Below, in pieces: positions 43,951-58,900 of a DNA stretch of 64,000 nt (positions are counted from its first letter, which is position 1; the number at the start of each line of letters is the position of its first letter). The stretch spans positions 292,046-356,045 of the forward strand of contig NW_015171562.1 of the NCBI RefSeq assembly GCF_001447785.1, read 5' to 3'. The translations under genes and the position numbers were made by a program. Under the pieces are notes generated by a model. It saw only the letters and a program-made list of their open reading frames with translations, made no database searches and had not been told where the DNA came from. Source of the DNA: Gekko japonicus. Taxonomy: Eukaryota.

Positions 43951-45037
43951 CAAAGGACCGTTTCTTCGCGTTGGTGGGAACGAGACACGACTCAAGAGAT
44001 CCCTGCTGGAGCTTTCCCCTGAGCAGGAGCATCGCAGACGCCTCTGTGCCCTGTGGCCCGCAAGGGGCGGTGGGGGGGGCGGAAGAGCCACTCGGGCCTT
44101 GTGACAGCCCTCAAAGACTCAGGGGGCCTCCCCCTCAAAGCGGCGGCGGTGGGGGGGAGGCCGGGGCGGAACTCCTCCTGGCTCTGGGCACTGCCCCCTC
44201 CTGGGGAACGGGAAGGCAGGCGGCAAAGCAGACAAGAGCCGGTGCCACCCAGGGGAGCAGGGCCCAGCCCCCGGTGCCTGCAGAGGGACTCCCCGCTCGG
44301 GCGGGACAGGGCCACCCTCCTGAGAAATCCGCCCGAGGCCAGGAGCCTTCCGGGGCAGCCCTGGGTAAGGCAGGCGGGCGGCAAGACCCTGCTCTCCTCC
44401 TTCCAGGGGCAGCCCCTCACATCCCCAGAGAAAAGGGCCTTTGGTGGTGGTGGGGGGGGGAGACCTCTTGTTGCAGGCAAGGCAGTGCGCCCCCGCCAGC
44501 CGGGAAGGAGAGGCCACACTGGGCCCTGCCCAGCCCCCAACGGCTTCAAACCAGTGGCTTCCCTGCCAGCCAAAGTCCCTGGAGGTGCCCCCTGGAGACT
44601 GCCCTCCCCCCACCTGGACAGGCAGGAACGCGCCCTGGGAGCGAAGAGCCCCTCCTGCTGCACCAGCAGGCTGGCTGGGCAGCACAAGGCCCCCACGCCC
44701 TTTCCTCATAGGAAATTTGCACCACCCTCCTTAATAATCTTGGCTGGCTGATTATGTACTTAAAAAAAAACCCCCCCACCAACCGACGCGGGAGGCTCTC
44801 AGCTGCTCGTCATGTGGTGGCTCATGCAGTGTGTGTGTGTGGGGGGGGGCTCTCAAATGTGGTGCTGCCTCTTTGGCGGCGGCTGGCCCCACCCCGCCCT
44901 GAGAACAGAGGAGCCCCGCCCAGCCCGCCCCTCACAGCTCTTGATTTCGCCAAGAAGAGCCGACACAGACACCCGCAAGGAGAAACAAGTACCGTTTTTA
45001 TCATGAACTAATCCCCCCCCCTCCACCCGGAGAAAAG

Positions 45038-45405
45038 GAAGAGCCGTGCCGGGTCAGAGCAGGGAGGGTCCCTCCAGTCCAGCCTCCTGTCTCCACACGG
45101 TGACTGACCCGGTTCCTCTGCATGGCCAACAGGGCAGAGAGGCCGAGGCCTTTCCCCTGAGAAGAGCCGTGCCGGGTCAGAGCAGGGAGGGTCCCTCCAG
45201 TCCAGCCTCCTGTCTCCACACGGTGACTGACCCGGTTCCTCTGCATGGCCAACAGGGCAGAGAGGCCGAGGCCTTTCCCCTGAGAAGAGCCGTGCCGGGT
45301 CAGAGCAGGGAGGGTCCCTCCAGTCCAGCCTCCTGTCTCCACACGGTGACTGACCCGGTTCCTCTGCATGGCCAACAGGGCAGAGAGGCCGAGGACTTCC
45401 CCTGA
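45038..45405. repeat. Tandem repeat, 3 x 123 bp, derived from the CR1 3' end
   Basis: Units start at 45038, 45161 and 45284 (GAAGAGCCGTGCCGGGTCAGAGC..CCCCTGA); nearly identical; CR1 3' UTR similarity continues to ~45457. Confidence 0.92.
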
Positions 45406-45860
45406 CGTGGCCTCCTGGCCCTGGGCTTCAGAGGCTGACTGCCTCTGAACATGGAGGCTTTCTAACAAAGAAGACAAAACGAGCAGCTAAAGACGAAGGG
45501 GACCACCAGACAAACCACCTGGAGGTGAGACGCCCGTCCGAGGTGTGGAAGGAGGGGCCGGGGGGGGGGGGGAGCGGGCCACCCGGGGGCTGTGCCCCNN
45601 NNNNNNNNNNNNNNNNNNNNNNNNNNNNNNNNNNNNNNNNNNNNNNNNNNNNNNNNNNNNNNNNNNNNNNNNNNNNNNNNNNNNNNNNNNNNNNNNNNNN
45701 NNNNNNNNNNNNNNNNNNNNNNNNNNNNNNNNNNNNNNNNNNNNNNNNNNNNNNNNNNNNNNNNNNNNNNNNNNNNNNNNNNNNNNNNNNNNNNNNNNNN
45801 NNNNNNNNNNNNNNNNNNNNNNNNNNNNNNNNNNNNNNNNNNNNNNNNNNNNNNNNNNNN

Positions 45861-45920
45861 GACCCCGCTGTCCACGCCCAGTGCCGCCGCCACCAGCGCC
45901 TGGGCAACGCTCGGCCGCAT
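45861..45920 (-). CDS. PIGBOS1: PIGB opposite strand 1 microprotein (mitochondrial outer membrane, ~54 aa in human); first 20 codons visible, remainder in gap 45599-45860
   Basis: ATG at 45920 (gcggcgATGc) encodes MRPSVAQALVAAALGVDSGV, which aligns without gaps to recalled human R-L-T-F-A-Q-L-L-F-A-T-V-L-G-I-A-G-G-V. Syntenic position is correct (divergent from PIGB). Confidence 0.8.
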
Positions 45921-46323
45921 CGCCGCTGGGGAGGCCGCCCGGACACGCCCGGCCCTCCTCCTCCTCCTCCCTCCTCCTCCTCCTCCTCAGGCCGTCTCCG
46001 CCGCCGCCGCCACGCGGCCTCCGCACTCCTAGCGCGGGCACTTCCGTCGTCCGGAGGCGGGACTTCCTGTGCTCTTGGAGACGGGTGCCCGGCGGGGTCA
46101 AGAGGCGTTTCGGGCCGCAGGCGTGGCTCCGTCGCCTCACGACAGCCCCGCAGTGTGGGCCGGCGATCCTACGGCACGGCAGAGGTGGGCGGGGGCGGGG
46201 GGGGCCCTTGGGAGAGCGCGCGCGCAGCCGGGCCCCCCCAAACCGGAAGGCGACCCCGCGCCCCGCCCATCCCGGAAGCGAGGGCCTCGCGGAGCGGAGG
46301 AAGCCCCGGCGGGCGGCGTTGCC
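45921..46323. promoter_or_regulatory. Bidirectional CpG-island promoter shared by PIGBOS1 (-) and PIGB (+)
   Basis: Very CpG-dense; ETS/GABP-type sites CACTTCCG (~46039) and ACTTCCTG (~46062), further CCGGAAG at ~46243 and ~46272; GC boxes; the two ATGs are 404 bp apart. Confidence 0.75.
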
Positions 46324-52237
<5,914 letters not shown>

Positions 52238-52419
52238 CATCCCAAGCTCCGTGGGAGGGAGGGAGGGAAGCCGGGGAGAGCTCCGCCTCGCTGGCCGGCT
52301 CCGGGAAAGCTTCACCCACCCACATGTGGGGGGTGGCCCACCGCTTCTTGCATCCCCTCAGCTGTTCTACAGCAAGTTTCCAAGCAGATGGCAGGACCGC
52401 TTTCGATATCCATTTTTTA

Positions 52420-52461
52420 AATAAAAAGCCCACCGTCTTTTCACCAACCACGTCTTTTATT
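52420..52461. terminator. Convergent poly(A) signals of PIGB (+, AATAAA 52420-52425) and CCPG1 (-, AATAAA 52461-52456)
   Basis: Two canonical hexamers on opposite strands 30 nt apart, between the two stop codons; a more proximal CCPG1 hexamer lies at 52724-52719. Confidence 0.65.
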
Positions 52462-52938
52462 GTTTTCCTTCTACTCTTTGCAAATGTGCAGGAAATTTCA
52501 AATGCAAGTTAGGAGGCTGATCAGAAAGCACAGCAGCGCGCACACACACACCCCACCGCAACACAGGAACAAAGACACAATTATGAGACCAAAATGAGAT
52601 GAATTTCACAGACCACCCGATTACTTGGACATCAGGCCTGAATCAAGGCTGTGTTCTAGCATCCACAAGTAAGCTTGTTTTCCACACACACCCACACAGG
52701 AGCGACTGCGTACCCTGATTTATTGCAATTGTAGAAACGCAACCAAATTAAGATTTCCCAAGGGGGCAGTGAGGCCAGGGCAGAGAGAGGGAGAGGGAGA
52801 GACGGAGAAGCCCAGCTGGTCCTTGGGGGAGAAGAGAGTCACGGGGGAGGCCAAGCCGCCCCCCCCCCACCCCAAGCACGGGCGCCTGCCTGTCCACGCT
52901 GTCCTCGGCAGGCCGCACTTGGCCACACAGCCACAGCG

Positions 52939-55900
52939 TCAGTACTTGGGGTCCAAGGGCAGCTGGCCCCACTCAATCTCCACGTTTGCCACGTGCCGGC
53001 CATTGGCGCGCCCCTGCTTGTGCCACTTGCCTTCTCTTTCCTTTCTGTGGCGCTGCTGGTACTTCGGGGAGGGCCTTTCCTGGTGCTGGGCGGAAGAAGC
53101 CCTCCTCGGCGGCTGCCTGGAAGGAAAGAACAGCGGCGCAGTCAGGACTGTTCGTGGCACCCGGACCTCCCCCGTCGACGGAAGGCAAGCTGGCTGGCTG
53201 GCTGGGGCGGAGGGAGAGCTCCCCCGGGGCCTCGGAAGCCGCCTGTCCTCCATCGGCTCCCTTGACGGCCAAGTGTGTCCGGCTCACCCAAACAGCACTG
53301 CCCCTTCCTGACAGAGGAGCTGTAAGGATCAGAACTTACAGAGCTCGCGGCTTTCATTACGTGTGATCAAGCTGTACGTTTTCACAGGTTAGTTGCAGCC
53401 TGCTTGGGCCGAGCGTTAATTAAAAGCACCTGGTGGCCTTGACCGGCTGGCACAAGATGCTTTTATCTCGTTGACAGCGAAGGAGAGAGATTAACTACGC
53501 CCTGACTGGCTGAAAGGGGCGACCTAACGGGGCCGGCAGCCATACCAGGGACACAGAGCGTGAAGCCTCTACGACTACTCCAGTGGGGTGGATTCTCCTT
53601 TGTAAGCCTTTGGGTGAGAGAGCCCGGTCACAAGATTACCCCAGTGAAGGAAGCTCAGCCTCCGCCCAGTGCAAGTACAGGGTTCTTCCTGGGGGGTTTG
53701 CCATTGTCGTAATCTGTGAGTGGTTTCTGCCAAGCAATTCTCTTTATTATTTGAAGGATTCGAATAAATGCAGAGGTATTTTTTAATCTGCTGTATTAGG
53801 AGTATCTGCTGAACATCTGCTTACCTCCTCAAGGGGGGAACCCAGAAGCAAAAAGCCTCAACCAAGGACCAGGCCCTGGTGAGAGCCCCCAGGTGGCTCC
53901 TGAGAACAGGAGCGGGGCGGTCCTTGGCCCAGGCAGGAGCCTACGGCTGACGGGCTGCCCTCAGACCCTCGTCAACAATGGAGCCCGGGGGCGGGGGGAA
54001 GGGCCACATGAGAGATCTCCAGCCTGCCCTGCCCAGATCCGCTCACATCCTCGCCGAGGGCGACCGGAACAGCCCCAGGATCGGAACCCCTCCCCCCAGC
54101 TGGCTCGTGGGGGGGGGGCGCGTGCGGGGCTAGACGGGAGGAGGCCCACACCCCCAGTCTTACAAGGCCTGCGTGCCCCACCTGTAACACCCACCTGGGC
54201 CCCTGCTGGGGGGGGTGGTCGTGGCGGAAGTAGTAGGTGTAGATGTAACTGTCCACGTCCTCAAAGGCCTTCCTCTCCCTGTCCCGCCGGTACTCCTTCA
54301 TGTCTTCCAGATAATCCTTGACGTCGCTGACAAAGTCCGTGAAGAGCATCTGGTCGTGGATGAAGACACCATTGTGGAAAAACTGACTGACGAAGCCGTC
54401 CAGTTCCCTCCAGTGATGGAAGTTGTCCACCTCTTGCTGCAGGTATTTGCGCATGAGCTGATGAAACTCATCCGCACGGATGGGATCCAGGACTCGGTCG
54501 AACAGGCTCAGGAACTCCTGGTGAGCACAGTCAAAAATGCCCGCACAGCCCTTGAGGACGGCATGGGGCTTCCTGCCACGCTCTGGCGAGGCCGGCTCCC
54601 GGGGCCCCCGAGGGGGGCGGCCCTCCTTGGCCCCCCTCCCCTCTCGGGACTCTCTCTGGCCGCCGGGGGCCCGGTAGGGCATCGGCTTGTGGGCCCCCGA
54701 TTTCCCTTTGGGGGGCCCCTCCCCCCCGGGTCGCCTCTTCTCCCCCCCCTCCTCAAAGATGTCTCTCGTAGTGTCCTTGAAGTGCCGGAAGGTGGACTTG
54801 ACGGAATCGGAGAATTTCCTCAAGTTCTCCTTGACGGCTTCTTTGGCCTGCTTAATCTTTTCCTTGTGGTGCCTTACAAACTCCTTGGTCGAATTCTTCA
54901 TGGCGTCAAACGTCTCCTTCACCGACCCAAAGAAGCCGGCCTTGGCCTTCTTCCTGGCTTTGCCGGCTCCCTTCCCGCCCGGCTTCCCCGCCCGCTCCCG
55001 CTGCCTCTCCTCCGCGTGGCCCTTGACTTCCACGTACAGCTTCTCCCACAGGTCGGAGCGCTGCTGCTCGAAGCTCAGCTTCTTCTCCAGCTCCTCCAGC
55101 CGCCCCCGCAGCGCCTCGATCCCCCGGCTCTCTTCCGGCGGGCCTCCCACCGCGGGCGGAGCCTGCTGGGAGCTCAGCCGGTCCAGCTCCTCCCGGAGGG
55201 TCGCCGTCAGCTGCCGCTCCTTGTCCAGCTCTCGCCGCAGCATCTGGGCCTCGGTGAACAAGGCCTTCTTCTGCTGCATGAAGCCCTGCCGCCGGTGCTT
55301 CTCCTCCTCCAGCTTCTGGCTCTCGGCCGCCTCCTTCCGGTTCTCCAGGTGCCTGATCTGCTCCCGCAGCTTCCGCAGCTCCTCCTGCAGCACGGCCAAG
55401 GCCTGCTCCTCCCTCTCGAGCGATTCTCGCAGGTGCTGGTTTTCGGAAGCAAGGCTCCATTGCTGAGACTCAAAGGACTTCTTCTCCATCTCCGTTGAAA
55501 GCAGGCACGTCGCCAGACCTTCCTTCAGCAACTGAGCAGAGACAGGAGAGGGAGCAGACAGGACGTTGAGAGAGAAACCGACACAGCAGCAGCGCAGGAC
55601 TGTCCAACCTGGAGCCACACAGCTTCAGACCCTCTCCCCTGCTATGTCCCCTGAAGAGTGTTACACTCTACAGCAGGGGTGTCGAACTGATTTGTTATGA
55701 GGGCCAGGCCATGTGCGTCATGAAATGTAATGCCAGGTAGCGGAGATATAAACTTTATAAAAGACACAAACACAAAGGGTTTTTTTTTTACTTAAAATAA
55801 GAACATGCTTAAATCATCAGCACTCTTGCAATATTTTGTTTGTTTCACAGTGTCTGATAACTGACACCTCTTGCTCTGAATTATTGTGTCAAAATGTCTG

Positions 55901-58900
55901 TGCTGTTGCAATCTTGAGTATGCTGTTCAGGTGTGTATCTGTAAGCTGCAAACCTACGATGACGCAGCAGCAGAACTGGAAGCAAAAGCAGAAGACAGCC
56001 AGTTCCACTGCGGGCCTGACGGAAGCCCTCCGGGGGGGGCCTGGTCTGGCCCCTGGGCCGCGTGTTTGACACCCCTGCTCTAGGGAGAACAATCTACCGG
56101 TGATCCCCAGCCCAAGAGAAGTCCGGCTGTCCTCGACCAGAGCCAGGGGCCTTTTCTGCCGTGGCTCCCGCCTGGTGGAACTCTCTGCTGAATAACACCC
56201 CTGCCCTGCAGGACTTGATGCCGCTCCACAGGGCTTGCAAGGCAGAGACGTCCCACCAGGCGTTTGGCTGAGGGCAGCCACGGGCCCCGTCCTAATGACA
56301 CTCCCCCCCCCCATCGCCATCTGAGAATGTCTTTGTGCTATTTAAATGGTTTTCCTATTCATGAATGCCTTTGCCGTTGTGTTGTCCACTGCCCTGAGCC
56401 TTGTGTTTCCAGGGGAGGGCCGTTTATACATTCAAATTAGAGCCATAAACAAATAACACGAGGAGCGACCGTCGCTCAGGGGCAGGACCCCGGGCCTCCT
56501 TCACAAGGGCTTCGGCCTTCGCCGGACTCCGCTGCCCCGGCCGAGGCCCCGAATGAGCCCCGCCTGGCCTGGAAGCCCCTTGCCCACCTGCACGCCCCAG
56601 GGCAGGGCCAGAAGAATCCCGGGACAGGCAAGGACGGCACCCCTCACTCACCTGACACTCGCCCCCTGGCTCCGGGCCCGGCCGGCACTGGAGGGGGTGG
56701 TCCTTCACGCCGTCCAGTTCCTCTTCGTGCGTCTTCTCAACCATCAGCTGGCGATTCTGGACCTGAATCGTACCTTGAAAGAGAAAAGTCTCTCTTTTAT
56801 CTGACAAGAGAAGTGGGAAAGAAGGCAGCTCCATCAGCAGGGAAGGGGGGGGGTCTGTTTCCCAGAGGTCAGCGCAGGGGGACCCCCCCTCCCCCGCACA
56901 GCTGGCGTTGGTCCCGGGCAGGAGCGATCGAGGGATACGGATGCTCTGCGGACTCCAGGCAGGCAACCAAGACCGTGATTTGGCTTCTGAACACACCGCT
57001 AGGTGGGAAAAGACCAACAGCACAGACCCCCACCCTGTTCAACTACACACATGCGCCACCACGTGCATTCGGAAGACGGCAAAATCACAGCTCCAGTAAT
57101 CATCCTTGGCAGTAGCGGGACCAGCATGGGCGAGACACCCCCCACCCCACCCCACCCCTGGGAAACGGCACACGCGTTTCTTTTAATGCAAGGCTGAGCG
57201 AGTCAGTCAAGCCAGTGCAATCAGCAAGAACGGGAACTTCACTAGAAGCAAGCTGCGTGCATTGATGGGTTCCAGGGTGCTCTTCACACCTCCTGGGAAC
57301 CGCCAGAACGGCACACTCCTGTCCGGCACACCCAGCGCACAGGACCGGCCCCCTTGCGGAGGAGCCCAGATGGCCGCAGGGACCGCAGGGCACGCTGCGG
57401 CACCAGGCGGTCTCCACGAGCATCATCGCCAGGCCACGAGGGCTGNNNNNNNNNNNNNNNNNNNNNNNNNNNNNNNNNNNNNNNNNNNCCCCCGCCCCAG
57501 TGCACCAGGGCACATCAGCACTGCGAGACAGCCAGCCCCCAACGCCAGGGGTGGGCTGCCCCATCCCCCACCACGGGCCCGGGAGACAGAGACCCTCCTT
57601 CCTGCTGGGAAGCTGGGACTGCCAGGCACAGCAACACGCAGGACCTCTTACCATCCAGAAGCCCTAAAGACAGAACAAGGGACACGGGTAAGAGGCTTTG
57701 CAGCTCCCAGCCAGGAGACGGCGGTCGACTCCAAACGCTTCTCTACACCCGGGGACAAGCGGTGCCGACACGGACAGAGCACCCCGCCCCCACGGTCTGC
57801 TCAGGCCACCAGGCCGTAGCCCATCAGCAGAGACGGGCAGGCGGGGGCCGGCTGCTCTTCCAGCCACCAAAGGGGGTCTGCGTGGCCCCACCCCCAAAAT
57901 CTCGCCTGGGAGCCCGGGCCCAAGAAGCTGCCCTCCCTCCATGGCTTGGGGGGGGGGGGGGGGATTGGTGGCTGCCAGGAGCGGATGTCCATCCCTGAAC
58001 CAATCCTACCCTGGGCTTCTATCCTGGGGCCATATCTAACTGGGGAGACCCAGGCTGCCCTGAGGGCCCTGCCTAAGGAAGACAGGGCCGGGGGAGGTGG
58101 CCAAACCAAGCCCAGAGCGCGTTCCAGCCAGGAGGCTGTGGACGGCAGACCTAAGCTGCCAGCTCAGCCACCCGCCGCGAAGGCCCACAACTCCCCACCC
58201 GCTACGGGCGGCTTCTCCTTCCCTGGAGGTCAGGCAGCTACCCAGCCAGGCGGGCTGGGGGCAGAAACGGGGACTCCAGAGCCAAGCAGGGATATCTCAG
58301 CCCGGATCCTCCCAGCCCCCGAGGCCCACTTCCTCCCCAGGAGCCCTGTCCTAGCCCCAAAGAACGGAGTGGCCAAACTCAAGCCCTGGGACTGGAGGCC
58401 GGAGCCGGGCTTCTCCCAGTGTGTCCCGAGCGCTGGACGCAGGCGCCTCCTCCCAAGGGACCCCACCAGCCCCGCAGAGCCTGGCCCCGGGACGGGCAGC
58501 CAGCCAGCCAGCCAGCCCCCAGAGTCCCCAGCAGCCCGGCGGGAGCACTCACCATAAAAGTGGCCGAAGCCCATGCTGACCGCGACGACCAGAGCGAGGA
58601 TGATGCACCGATTGAGGCCGCTGCTGAACTGGTGCTTGCCCGCGGGCTCTGGCACGGGCTCGGGCTCCTGTTCGCCAGGCGGGGCCTCTTCCGACTCGGA
58701 GCTGGAGACTGGCCTCTTCTTGGCCCGCCGGCGCCGCAGGGTGGGGCCAGAGCCGTGGCTCGTCTCGTCGCTGCTCGACTCTTAAGGGACACCATCAAGT
58801 CGCAGGCAGTGGGCTCCCCCCCGGCCACCAAGCCCACCCCGGCAGGAGGGGGAAGCACTGGGGAGGGGGGCGGGTCGCTGAGAATGCTGGCGAGGCGGCC

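Noticed and set aside
45038-45405. Regular repeats as a possible CRISPR array or repeat protein
   Set aside because: Contiguous 123-bp units without unique spacers, in a vertebrate genome, derived from a CR1 3' end.
54215-55498. 427-aa plus-strand ORF
   Set aside because: Antisense shadow of the large CCPG1 exon, open because of its high GC3 codon usage.
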